DNA of 45,525 nucleotides from contig JBMFRB010000012.1 in the NCBI GenBank assembly GCA_049968255.1, forward strand, positions 1-45,525. The letters are read 5' to 3'. This document shows, one piece after another, positions 20,286 through 30,106 of the stretch. The translations under genes and the position numbers were made by a program. The DNA comes from Candidatus Sumerlaeaceae bacterium (lineage in GTDB: Bacteria; Sumerlaeota; Sumerlaeia; Sumerlaeales; Sumerlaeaceae). Every line of letters starts with the position of its first letter. Position 1 is the stretch's first letter. The notes beneath the pieces were generated by a model. The model saw nothing but the letters and a program-made list of their open reading frames with translations. It was not told where the DNA came from and made no database searches.

Positions 20286-21968
20286 TTAGGCAACCTGATG
20301 ACGCGACTCTTTTCGCCGGACGAGGCGAATGGCGGCCTCGCCCTCGACAGGACATTTGTTTTCGCAGATACCGCAGCCAATGCATCGTTGCGCGATGACC
20401 TGCGGAGCTGGGACTTGCTGATTGCCTGCGCCTTGGCCGCGCCTGCCCTCGCGGCGCATTTCAATGGCCTTCGGCGAGACGGGGCAGACCTCTTCGCACA
20501 CACCGCATTCTTCCCGATCGTTCCAGGCGAGGCAGCGATTGCGATCAACGCGCGCCACCCCGATACGCACGTGATTGCGCTTTGTGCTAACGAGCAAAGG
20601 CCGAAGGGCGGTCGTCGGGCAAACGTGCGAGCACAAAGTGCAACTTGGCTCGCAATAACCAAGGCGCGCCACCACGCGCGGGGTCCAAAGTCCCTCGGGG
20701 CCGGCCTCGAAAAGCGTGGGGTGGATCGCGTTCTGCGGACACGCACGAAAGCACTCGCCACAGCGGATGCACATCGTGAGAAATTGCGGCTCTGGCCGCG
20801 CGCCTGGCGGGCGGAGGAGATATTCATCTTGTGCAATGTCGGTGCCAACAGCGGCGACCGACGTGCGACGCGACGCAGCCATTTTCACCAAGGGAACGGC
20901 AGCGAGTCCAGCGGCCAGCGCCGTGAGCACGCCGCGCCGAGTGAGATCGAGAGGCGCTGCTTCGCTGCGAGATTCCCCAGCTTCGGATTTTTCTGTAAAA
21001 CCGAATTCGACGCTGCGACGCGGGCAGACGTCGGCGCACTCCATGCAGCGTAGGCACTCAGCCGGATCTGAAGTCGCACCATCACCCGATTTGATGGCCT
21101 GCATGCGGCAAGAGTTGCCGCATACATTGCACTCTGTACATTGCGAAACACTCACCCGTCGGCGAAACGGAGCCACACGCGCAAGCAAGCCGTAAAACGC
21201 TCCCAGCGGACACAGGAATTGACACCACCAACGACGATGCAGCCGCGACAACAGCAGTACTCCCAGAAGGATGGCAAGGTGTAGCACTCCTTGATCATAA
21301 ATGTGGCGCGTCGGAGGAAAGAAGGTGTGCTCGATCCACACCCGGACGGGCCGCACGACCGGAGCCATCAGCGTCCACGCTTCGCCGCTGTCGCCCAATA
21401 AGGCAAGCCACCAATGCACCGCAGGATAAACCGCCAGGCTCACCCCGCGCGTGAGGATTGCGAGCGGATCGAACCACCCCGCCACGTTAGCGCCGCCGAG
21501 CGCCACAACGGTGAGGCCCAAAAGCAGGTAGTACTTTGTGCGGTGCGTAATCAGAGGAGGGAGGCGCGGGAAATTTCCTTCGCGACTGGCCTGGTGAGCA
21601 AGGCGACGTTCGATTTTCGCAGGACGAAGCACGCGGCCCGCAGCATCAATGAGCGTACCAAGGGGACAAATCCACCCGCAGAAGACTCGCCCAAATAGAA
21701 GAGCAAGGACAACGAACCCCAGAAACAGCCAGATCGGTTTCTCGATGAGGGTGCGCGACGAGATCACTGTCAGGATCCACGTGAGCGGATTGGCCCAAAA
21801 TATAACGTCGGGGTTGATTGCACTGCGCAGTTGCCAACCGCCGGGCGCAGCCGGCTCGCCATGCCCACGCATCATAAGATAAAGAAAAAACAGCAAAAAG
21901 GCTACCTGTGAGATGCGTCGCCACTGCACGGCACGAAGCGCGCTTTTTTCATGCGACTGATTACCCAT
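20286..21968 (-). CDS. Membrane polyferredoxin, NapH/MauN-like domain fused to a NapG/MauM-like domain
   Basis: Transmembrane helices; FCGWICPLG, WCQFLCPLG; several CxxCxxC...CP clusters; internal LTRRGVL; LRPPGA...CIRCGEC. Confidence 0.88.
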   Translation of the reverse strand: MGNQSHEKSALRAVQWRRISQVAFLLFFLYLMMRGHGEPAAPGGWQLRSAINPDVIFWANPLTWILTVISSRTLIEKPIWLFLGFVVLALLFGRVFCGWICPLGTLIDAAGRVLRPAKIERRLAHQASREGNFPRLPPLITHRTKYYLLLGLTVVALGGANVAGWFDPLAILTRGVSLAVYPAVHWWLALLGDSGEAWTLMAPVVRPVRVWIEHTFFPPTRHIYDQGVLHLAILLGVLLLSRLHRRWWCQFLCPLGAFYGLLARVAPFRRRVSVSQCTECNVCGNSCRMQAIKSGDGATSDPAECLRCMECADVCPRRSVEFGFTEKSEAGESRSEAAPLDLTRRGVLTALAAGLAAVPLVKMAASRRTSVAAVGTDIAQDEYLLRPPGARPEPQFLTMCIRCGECFRACPQNAIHPTLFEAGPEGLWTPRVVARLGYCEPSCTLCSHVCPTTALRPLLVSTKRNHVRIGVARVDRNRCLAWNDREECGVCEEVCPVSPKAIEMRREGRRGQGAGNQQVPAPQVIAQRCIGCGICENKCPVEGEAAIRLVRRKESRHQVA

Positions 21969-22222
21969 CGTTGGCCCACACAGCAATTAGCGTGCCGTGC
22001 GCGGTTTCATTCGTCGCAGACCGCTAACGCTCGCCCGCTTTTGAGCTCATCGCTAGGCTGCCGTGCAAGTGGCTCGTCCGCAAGAAATCCGCCTGGCTCT
22101 CCCTTCGCCATAGCAAATCCACACTACGGCTTTGCGTCGCAAACGACCCTGCTTACATTTTAACGCTTTCGTGCAGACTTCGTGATTGGTGGTATGATCT
22201 CGAGCGCAAAGGAAGGCACGCC

Positions 22223-23281
22223 TCAGCGCCACAGCTCATTGAGCTCCATGACGACCTCAGGCTTCGGTCGGAGCAGTTCGTCTGGCAAATGGGCTAGTGG
22301 AGTCTCCACGAGATCCAGCACCTCATCGAACGCCGGCGACGGCATAGCAGCTCTATAGATGAGTCCGGTGATGAAGAGCTTTTCCTTCCTGGCCTGCTCG
22401 AGCAGGGCCAACGCTGCGCTGCGGTCCGTCGGATCATAGTCGCGGCCGAGTTTTTTCAAGACAAGGCGCGAGCCGTCGTGCAAAGTGATTTCTTGGACGG
22501 TGCCCGGTTCGTACTCGACTCGAATTTCCTCATAGTAGGGGACGAATCCGATCTCATGCAGGGGGTCCTCGTGCTCGCGCGCGAATTTCAAGCTTTTCGT
22601 TGAGCCCTCATGGTTATTGAACGTGACGCATGGACTGACGACGTCTATGACCGCGGTCCCACGATGAGCAATGGCGCCCTTGAGGAGGGCAACGAGTTGC
22701 TTCACGTCGCCGGAGAACGAGCGCGCAACGTATTCGCACCCCATTTCGATGGCCAGCGCGCAGCAGTCAATTGGCTCCATATCGTTACGCTGGCCGTCTT
22801 TTAGCGTTGAGCCTTTGTCGGCTGTAGCTGAGAATTGACCCTTGGTCAGGCCATACACGCCGTTGTTTTCAATGACATAGACGACAGGCACGTTGCGCCG
22901 CACCATGTGGAGAAAGTTCCCTAGTCCAATGGAGGCGGTATCGCCGTCGCCGCTCACCGCCACGTGCAGCAGCTTACGATTCGCGAGGAACGAGCCGGTC
23001 GCGATAGCGGCCGCACGCCCGTGAACCCCGTTGAAGCCATGGGAAAAACTCGCGAAGTAGGCCGTGGTTTTGCTTGAGCAACCAATGCCGCTCATTTTCG
23101 CGATGCTGTAGGGATCAACGTTGCACTCCCAGAGCGCGCGCACGAGCTGAGCCGTAATCGAATCATGGCCGCAGCCGGCGCAGAGGGTTGAGGCAGCGCC
23201 TTTGTACACATCTTGCGCGAACCCGATGCGGTTTGTTGCCGGCGGGCGGTTTGCAGCCGGCGATGCCTGCTGTGCACTCAT
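22223..23281 (-). CDS. korB: 2-oxoacid:ferredoxin oxidoreductase beta subunit
   Basis: LCAGCGH, SGIGCS, TPP-binding GDGD...NN, YGLTKGQFS, SPCVTFN. Substrate not determinable by eye. Confidence 0.92.
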   Translation of the reverse strand: MSAQQASPAANRPPATNRIGFAQDVYKGAASTLCAGCGHDSITAQLVRALWECNVDPYSIAKMSGIGCSSKTTAYFASFSHGFNGVHGRAAAIATGSFLANRKLLHVAVSGDGDTASIGLGNFLHMVRRNVPVVYVIENNGVYGLTKGQFSATADKGSTLKDGQRNDMEPIDCCALAIEMGCEYVARSFSGDVKQLVALLKGAIAHRGTAVIDVVSPCVTFNNHEGSTKSLKFAREHEDPLHEIGFVPYYEEIRVEYEPGTVQEITLHDGSRLVLKKLGRDYDPTDRSAALALLEQARKEKLFITGLIYRAAMPSPAFDEVLDLVETPLAHLPDELLRPKPEVVMELNELWR

Positions 23282-25158
23282 TGCTGTCCCTCCTTTAGAG
23301 AGTCGCTCGCTAGGATTTGGTCGATCACCGTGGCGGCATCTAGCGGCTGGCCATTGAAGTGCAAGACGCTTCGCAAGTGCGACGCTATGTGCGGATGTTC
23401 AGCCCGAAGAATTGTGGCCACCTGGGCGTCGCGGTTTTGCTCCACGACATAAACCCGTTCATGTTGTTCGATGAATTCTATCGTTTTTTCTGTGGCCGGG
23501 AGCGCGCGAAGCCGCAGATAATCGGCGTGCCAGTCGTGCACGTTGGCCATATGTGCGAGCGCCTCGCGCGTGGCGAGATCGCTGCTGCCGTAGGCGATGA
23601 CGCCAACCGGTGTCGGCTTCGAGGCAGGCTCGAGCACTGATTCCGGGACAAGTTTGCGCGCAGTATCGTGCTTGCGTGCCAACCGTTGCAGGTTGCCGGC
23701 CCAATCTTCGGGTTTCTCGGAGCGACGCGCGCGGTCATCGTGTCCAGCTCCTTGCGTGAAAAATGGCGCCTTTGGATGTCGCGTCCCCGGCAGCGTACGG
23801 TAAGGGATTGCATCGCCGTCAACATCGCGATAGCGAGCAAATTCCGTGATCTTCTCAAGGTCATCCGCATTCAACACCTTGCCCCTGTCAAGCGGCTGTG
23901 CTGGGGCTTCGAGCGGATCGCTCAGCCAGTAGTTCATGCCCAGGTCTAGGTCGCTCATCACAAAGACGAGCGTTTGCAGCCGCTGAGCTAAATCCAGCGC
24001 CAAAATGGCGAATTCGAAAGCCTCTTTCGGATTTGCGGGAATGAGGAGCACATGTTTGCAATCGCCGTGCGACAAATAGTAAGCCTTGAGCATGTCGCCC
24101 TGACTGGTTCGCGTGGGAAGCCCAGTGGAAGGGCCTACGCGCTGCACGTCGATGATGACTGACGGAATTTCCGTGAAGTATGCCAATCCTGCAAGCTCAG
24201 CCATGAGCGAAATGCCGGGACCGCTTGTGGCTGTGGCAGCGCGCGCGCCAGCCCAACCTGCACCGACCACAATCCCCATGGCGGCCAGTTCGTCCTCAGC
24301 CTGGACGATAGCGTAAGTGCCCTTTGCCGTCTGGGGGTCGCGTCGCCATTTGGCCATCATATCAGTGAGCGACTCAGCCAGCGAACTGCTAGGTGTGATC
24401 GGATACCACGCAAACACTTGAACGCCACCAAACATCAGCCCAGCAGCGCTGGCCGCGTTGCCTTCGACGAAAATTTTGTTCTTGGTCAAGTCGCGGCGTT
24501 CCAGTCGCAGCATCTCCTGCGATGGCAGATTCTCGGCGGCCCATTGTGCTGCGTAACGCGCTGCTGCCTTGTTCAGTTCAATTGCTTTGGGTTTGTTGGC
24601 AAACTGTTTGGAGATCGCGATCTCAATTTCGTCCAAATCAATCCCCAGCAACGTGGCCACCACCCCGACGTACATCATGTTCACCAGGAGTCGCCGCAAT
24701 TTCGGCTCAGGACAGACTTTCTCCACCAACTGCGTGAAAGGCACGGTGTAAACGGTAAGGTCGTGGCGCTGGAGGGCATCGGCCAGTTCGGCGCTAAGCA
24801 CCACGAGTGTGCCGGGGCGCAAGCCCGCTAAATCCGCGAAAACGGATTCGCGATTCATTGCAACAAAAAGATCGGCGTCGCGGCGGTTGCCAACCCACCC
24901 TTGCTCGTTGACGCGGATCGAAAACCACGTGGGCAGTCCCTGGATGTTCGACGGGAAAAGGTTCTTTGTGCCAATTGGCACGCCCATCTGCAGGATGGCG
25001 CGCGAAAGCACCAGATTGGCCGAGATACTTCCCGTGCCGTTTGACGTGGCCACACAGATGACGAAATCATTGACGCGGGGAAGATCGCCGACTTCGGCCA
25101 CGGCTGAGCCCGGGAGAGAGTTTTCCAGCGACGGACGCTGGTCTAGCTGATCATCCAT
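23278..25158 (-). CDS. korA: 2-oxoacid:ferredoxin oxidoreductase alpha subunit (gamma-alpha fusion)
   Basis: WYPITPSS, QAEDE, ATSGPGISL, QRVGPSTGLPT. 4-bp overlap with the beta gene. Start at 25158 or 25185. Confidence 0.92.
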   Translation of the reverse strand: MDDQLDQRPSLENSLPGSAVAEVGDLPRVNDFVICVATSNGTGSISANLVLSRAILQMGVPIGTKNLFPSNIQGLPTWFSIRVNEQGWVGNRRDADLFVAMNRESVFADLAGLRPGTLVVLSAELADALQRHDLTVYTVPFTQLVEKVCPEPKLRRLLVNMMYVGVVATLLGIDLDEIEIAISKQFANKPKAIELNKAAARYAAQWAAENLPSQEMLRLERRDLTKNKIFVEGNAASAAGLMFGGVQVFAWYPITPSSSLAESLTDMMAKWRRDPQTAKGTYAIVQAEDELAAMGIVVGAGWAGARAATATSGPGISLMAELAGLAYFTEIPSVIIDVQRVGPSTGLPTRTSQGDMLKAYYLSHGDCKHVLLIPANPKEAFEFAILALDLAQRLQTLVFVMSDLDLGMNYWLSDPLEAPAQPLDRGKVLNADDLEKITEFARYRDVDGDAIPYRTLPGTRHPKAPFFTQGAGHDDRARRSEKPEDWAGNLQRLARKHDTARKLVPESVLEPASKPTPVGVIAYGSSDLATREALAHMANVHDWHADYLRLRALPATEKTIEFIEQHERVYVVEQNRDAQVATILRAEHPHIASHLRSVLHFNGQPLDAATVIDQILASDSLKEGQQ

Positions 25159-25271
25159 TATCTTGTGCTCAACTCCTTTCCGCACGTGCGGAGCAAATCG
25201 CGTTCACCGCTGCCGCGAGCCGCGCCTCTGGCTTGCAGTTTCGCAAAAGGCGGCAAACAATAAAACAGTAC

Positions 25272-25299
25272 AAAATACAGTACTATAGTCCTGTTTCAA
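25272..25299 (-). promoter_or_regulatory. Putative korAB promoter (TTGAAA-N16-TATTTT) with an 18-bp near-palindrome ACAGTACTATAGTCCTGT across the spacer
   Basis: AT-rich patch about 115-140 bp upstream of korA. Palindrome at 25277-25294 has one mismatched pair. Confidence 0.5.
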
Positions 25300-25482
25300 G
25301 CATTCTCTTACTTTTCGCAACGAGAACATGTCGGACAACGCGCGCGCAGTGCGAGCTGAGTGTACAAACCGGGAGCACGAGAGAGCGTGTTTCTTTGCCT
25401 GAGGCAGAAACATTCCTCACCGCGGACCGTAAGCCACGAGGCCGACGTGGTTCGGCCATGCGTCGCACAGCTGCGTGCGGTT

Positions 25483-28374
25483 TCACTGCGCGGAGCGAGC
25501 CTGCACCACCGAAGGCTCTAGATAAAGGCCATGACCCGGGACAGTGCGCAGTATGCGACGCGCCTCCTCCCCCCCGAGCACAGCCGCCAGCCGGCGCACA
25601 ATCGTGGCTTTGTGGGCGAGGATCTGCTGCTGTTCGACTTTGGCGTCGGGCCAAAGTTCGGCATCAAGCTCTTCGTAGGGCACGACGCGTCCCTCGTGCC
25701 GAGCAAGATACGTGAGAAGGCGATAGGGCATCACACTGAGGAAAACCTGAACTTCATTGACGCGCACGACTCCCGGGCTGCGCGGATCCAGCTCAACGCG
25801 AGCTCGCCGCGGCGCTTGCGCCGTCGAATCCGACCCCATCTCAGCAAGTTGCGTTCTGTCGGCAATCACGTCCACCTGGTGTTGGGCGAGAATCCGGCTT
25901 GGCGCCGTGGCGTTTTCGCGCAAGGCAACAACAGGGGAAACTGCGAATGTTGCACTTGTGCTCGCAACGCCCCCACAAAAAACATCTGCTCGGTTGCTCC
26001 CTGGCTGCGCAAGGCCGTCGCGTCCTCCACAACGTTCGGCACCAACCTCCGCTGACTCGGGCGAATGATTGGCCTTGTCGCCACGGCGCCGCGTCTCCCG
26101 CAAAATGGGCACGAGCTGAGCGGGAACAACGCGCCGCAGAACGTCGTCGCTCACGCCGTCCAACGCCGCTGGCAAGTCGAATCCTGCTTGCGCAAGCGCG
26201 ATGAGTGCGGATCGCGGAACCGTTCCGGCAAATGCTCTCGCCAACGCCACTGCACACTCTGGCACTCCAAAACGCAGACGCTCGGCCACCGCCGCCGCGT
26301 TCTCCTGCAGTCCGCCGCCAAGCCCTAACCGCCCCGCTATGGCTCCCATAGCCTCGACCAGCCAAGCGAGGTGGTGAGCCAGCGATTCGATGGTACCACT
26401 CAAAATGCTGAACGCTTCCTCAATGGTGCGTGTGGCGCGCACGCTGATCCATGCCTGTGCGAGAAAGGCTTTTTTCAGGGCGGCGTGATCTGCCGAGTTG
26501 GCACCGCCGCCATGAAGTTGAAATGGAAGACTTACCGGATCCCCGCCATGCTCGCGCCAATAGTCATGATACAAGTGCAAGTACTTGCCCGTGCGTATTT
26601 CCCAAGGCGAAGCGGACAACGGAAATGCTGCCCCTTGGGGGCTGGAGGCGGCTGCCAAGAGATAAGGGAAAGCTTCCGCGGGCGCACGCTCGGCGAACGT
26701 CTCAACATAGCGACGAAGATGGGCCGCCGTCCCTGGCTCGAGTCCGAACGTTGCCGCCACTTCTCCTGTTCCGGTCGGGATATATCGCCACGCCTGCTGC
26801 TCGATGAGCTCATATGCCTCCAACACTTGCACGGCGCTGCGTGTGAGGGTTGCCACCGCCGCGTTGTTCATCACTCGCCATGCGTAGGTTCGAGCGAGAA
26901 ATGCCTCGACGTGTTTGTCATCGGGGCTCATCTTGGCTTCTCCGAGGCCGCCGCCGTGATGCATGACGATTGCATCGAGCACAGCCATCGCCGCCCCGTC
27001 GCTGCCCATGCTTACGGCGAGGGGTTCGACGGGGCGACGCAGCAAAAGGTCAAAGAGCCGATGCGCCTCGCTCTCATCGCGCGCTACAACGATGGAACGG
27101 CCAAATTGCATGGTGCGCCGATAACGACCAGCTCGGCCCCCTTGATTGCGCAGGCGCGAGCGCGACAACGGCACGGCGACCGGATGACGCGCAACTTCGC
27201 CGTGGATCACCATGATCGGTAGGCTCACGACGTTGCGGCAACCGAGATTTACGCCCTGCGCAAGTGTGGACGTGGCCACGAGCACACTGAGTCGGCCCTG
27301 ATCGAATCCCTGCTCGATAGCGCGACGCACCAAGGCCGGAAGGTCCGCATTGTGGAATGCCACGCTGTGGGCCAGCAGCTTGGCCAGAAATGCATGTTGA
27401 GCGCTCTCGTCTGTCAATAAAGCCAGCTCTTCGGTTGCCTCAGGTTCCCAGCTGCTTCGCGGCAAAGCGCGTGCCAGCTGCCCCGCAACTTCACGCGAAA
27501 GCGCTTTTGTTGGAACGAAGACGAGCAATTGCTCGCCACGCTGGGCAACGAGTTCTTGCGCTAGGCGCGTGAGTCCTTCCGCAATTGGTGCGTCGAACAC
27601 GGAGCAATTCTTGGTCCGCGGCAGGGTGAGTCCGGTTGCGGGCTCTGCTACATCAAGGAGCTGCTCTGTCGCCTCGCGACGCGAATTCCATTCACGATAG
27701 CGGAAAATGCCCGTCGAAAGATCGAGGATCCCTTCGCGCAACTCAACAGGGCGATCGTTCCACACAAGCGCCTGGGCCCCGAGCCAGGAAGCCAACCGCT
27801 CGTGATCATCCAACACCGCGCTCATGGCAACCACTTGTGGCGAGCGTGCCTGTGCAAGAAATTTTGTTAGCAAAAGATCAGCCGTTCGGCCCCGCTCGCG
27901 GTCGCCAAGAATCTGCAACTCATCAGCCACTACGCAGCTGATAAGCCCCGCAAGCTCTGGCGACGCTGCAAGCAAAGCCCGCAGTTTCTCGTACACCGCA
28001 ACGGCAAGATGGAACTGTCCCCTCGCCAACACCTCATCATCTTGGCGCTGTTCTGCCGTCGAAAGGCACACGCGCAGCGAAAGCGGCCCGTAGGCCGAGT
28101 GAAGGTACGTAGCCAGTTCCTCCGCCAAAGCCTTTGTGGGAACGAGGAACACGGCGCGCCCACCTCGCTCGATATGATGGAGCGCTGCCAGCTCGCCGAG
28201 AAAAGTTTTGCCCGAGGAGGTGGGCGCAAACACCGCAAGCGATTCGCCGCGCAGCAGCCCCGTGTGGGCTACGGCATGTGCCTGTAGCGGCAAAAGCTCA
28301 GCATCCCGGAATCGCTTCCAGTTGGCAATGGTGCGATCGGAAAAACCGTGAGCTACGAGATGATCGAGCCTCAT
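25483..28374 (-). CDS. Ski2/Hel308-like SF2 helicase with C-terminal OmpR/PhoB-type winged-helix domain
   Basis: Q-motif LLPLQ, Walker A APTSSGKT, VPTKALA, DELQ, MSA, RPVEL, FHNADL, ATSTLAQGVNL, QGGRAGR. The C-terminus (LLTYLARHEGRVVPYEEL...LW...ILRTVPGHGLYL) fits Trans_reg_C. GAGGT RBS before ATG 28374. Confidence 0.85.
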   Translation of the reverse strand: MRLDHLVAHGFSDRTIANWKRFRDAELLPLQAHAVAHTGLLRGESLAVFAPTSSGKTFLGELAALHHIERGGRAVFLVPTKALAEELATYLHSAYGPLSLRVCLSTAEQRQDDEVLARGQFHLAVAVYEKLRALLAASPELAGLISCVVADELQILGDRERGRTADLLLTKFLAQARSPQVVAMSAVLDDHERLASWLGAQALVWNDRPVELREGILDLSTGIFRYREWNSRREATEQLLDVAEPATGLTLPRTKNCSVFDAPIAEGLTRLAQELVAQRGEQLLVFVPTKALSREVAGQLARALPRSSWEPEATEELALLTDESAQHAFLAKLLAHSVAFHNADLPALVRRAIEQGFDQGRLSVLVATSTLAQGVNLGCRNVVSLPIMVIHGEVARHPVAVPLSRSRLRNQGGRAGRYRRTMQFGRSIVVARDESEAHRLFDLLLRRPVEPLAVSMGSDGAAMAVLDAIVMHHGGGLGEAKMSPDDKHVEAFLARTYAWRVMNNAAVATLTRSAVQVLEAYELIEQQAWRYIPTGTGEVAATFGLEPGTAAHLRRYVETFAERAPAEAFPYLLAAASSPQGAAFPLSASPWEIRTGKYLHLYHDYWREHGGDPVSLPFQLHGGGANSADHAALKKAFLAQAWISVRATRTIEEAFSILSGTIESLAHHLAWLVEAMGAIAGRLGLGGGLQENAAAVAERLRFGVPECAVALARAFAGTVPRSALIALAQAGFDLPAALDGVSDDVLRRVVPAQLVPILRETRRRGDKANHSPESAEVGAERCGGRDGLAQPGSNRADVFCGGVASTSATFAVSPVVALRENATAPSRILAQHQVDVIADRTQLAEMGSDSTAQAPRRARVELDPRSPGVVRVNEVQVFLSVMPYRLLTYLARHEGRVVPYEELDAELWPDAKVEQQQILAHKATIVRRLAAVLGGEEARRILRTVPGHGLYLEPSVVQARSAQ

Positions 28375-29075
28375 GGCAAAACCTCGCGGAGGAGATATGC
28401 AGCGGTTAGCAAACTGGCCAGGTTCGTCCACGCAATCCGACCGCTGTCACGAGCACCGCGTAGAGCACTCGCGCGTGGCAAAAAAGACAAGCGAACAAGG
28501 GGAGGATGAAAACTGCAAGAGTGTGCACCCTGTTTCTCCCAAGCTCTCTCCAGTCGTTGACCGGAGCGCTTCCATTCACGGCTTCTTGCAGTGCCCTGCT
28601 CCCTGCTCAACATGGGGCCTTCTCTCCCACGTAGTTGTCGCTCGTGTGTAGCGAAGTTTGCGCGAGCTTTATCCGCCCTGTCCTGGCCTCATCCGACTCA
28701 TGAGCTATGCCTATGAGTCGCTACAACCGCTCGGACGGATTTTGTTGTGTGATAGCACACAACCCATGACAGGGTTGGTCACCCCCACCCTTTCTCGGTT
28801 CGACCACACGGTCGGAGCTCGGCTGCAAACGCGATCTTCGCCGATTCATGGGCACGTTGTGGCAGAGGGCGATGGAAAACTTTCGCTTTGGCCAACGACG
28901 CACGTGGAGCTCGGCCGGCATCTCTTGAATGAGCGCCACTGCGACGGGTAAAAGCGAGTGATACGCCCACAATGTCCGCGTTGCTATTCCGAGGGACCAG
29001 GGGATGCCACGGTGCAGTGTCATTTCGCGGGAACAAAGGCGGCGAGGTTCAGTTTGCAGAAAGGACGCGAGAGAG

Positions 29076-29582
29076 TTGCCCCAAGCGACGGCAAACCAGG
29101 TGGTGATTCGCAAAGCGCGGGTGGAGGACGTCCCGCACATTCAGAAGCTCATCCATATTTTCGCCGACCGTGGCGAAATGCTCCATCGAAGCCTCAATGA
29201 GCTTTATGAAACGATGCGCGATTTCACCATTGTCGAGGAGCAAGGGCGCATCGTGGCCTGCGCAGCCGTCCATGTGACGTGGGATGATCTGGCTGAGCTC
29301 AAAAGTGTGGCTGTAGCGCCTGACACTCAGGGCCGCGGCTATGGCAAACTCGTTGTGAATCGCTGCCTCGAGGAGGCGCGCGAGCTCGGCCTGCGGCGTG
29401 TCTTCGCCCTCACTTATAAGCCGGAGTTCTTCGCTCGGTTTGGTTTCCAGATCATCGACCGCAATATGCTCCCACACAAAGTGTGGGGTGAATGCATCAA
29501 GTGCCACAAGTATCCCAACTGCAACGAAACCGCCATGATGTGCTACCTTGATCACTCGGCCGGTTCACCAACACGACTGTGA
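29076..29582 (+). CDS. argA: Short GNAT amino-acid N-acetyltransferase (N-acetylglutamate synthase-like)
   Basis: IRKARVEDV, LAELKSVAV...QGRGYG, RVFALTY, LPHKVWGECIKC. Start uncertain (29076 TTG or 29100 GTG). Confidence 0.75.
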   Translation: MPQATANQVVIRKARVEDVPHIQKLIHIFADRGEMLHRSLNELYETMRDFTIVEEQGRIVACAAVHVTWDDLAELKSVAVAPDTQGRGYGKLVVNRCLEEARELGLRRVFALTYKPEFFARFGFQIIDRNMLPHKVWGECIKCHKYPNCNETAMMCYLDHSAGSPTRL

Positions 29583-30106
29583 TGGTGGCAGTCCTGGCGC
29601 ACACAGGTGCATTGGTTGCGTATCTCGAGGCAAAGGCAGAAGTGATACAACGATGAGACAAAGGCTTGTGCGAGAGGGGACGCAGAATCGTGCGGTGCAA
29701 TAAAATAAATATGTTAAAATAAGCGTCCTGTTAAATCTCGCTGTAGGATGTGAGCTTGTCTGCATCCCCTTGTCTCTTAGCAAAGAGAAATCCTTGTGAA
29801 TTGCTTACCCGTCGCGGTGCAGCTTAGCCGCAAGCGCTGCTGCGCGCCGTTACATTTCGTGCAGCGAAAGAGGCGAGAAAAACGCGCATCGCGAGACTGC
29901 TCTGTCTTCTTCGGATTGGGGGGAACCTCCGAGAGACTCGTTCGATGCAGCAAGCAAATGGCTCGCGCCGATGCCGCGTGGACGCGTTTTGCTGTCCTGA
30001 TTTTCGGGCGCAGAGAATGCGAGATGGGCATCTCTTGTCAATTTAACAAACGTTTCTCTGGATTCTCGCTGTTTTTTTGGTCGCAAACTTTATGAGGTCA
30101 TGAACT

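Noticed and set aside
20222-20848. N-terminal extension of the 491-aa mqnA ORF
   Set aside because: It overlaps the polyferredoxin gene in another frame; MqnA similarity begins at the ATG at 20221.
29695-29740. AT-rich patch with TGTTAAA repeated twice, as an origin or operator
   Set aside because: Short, with no DnaA boxes or convincing symmetry; most likely ordinary promoter DNA.
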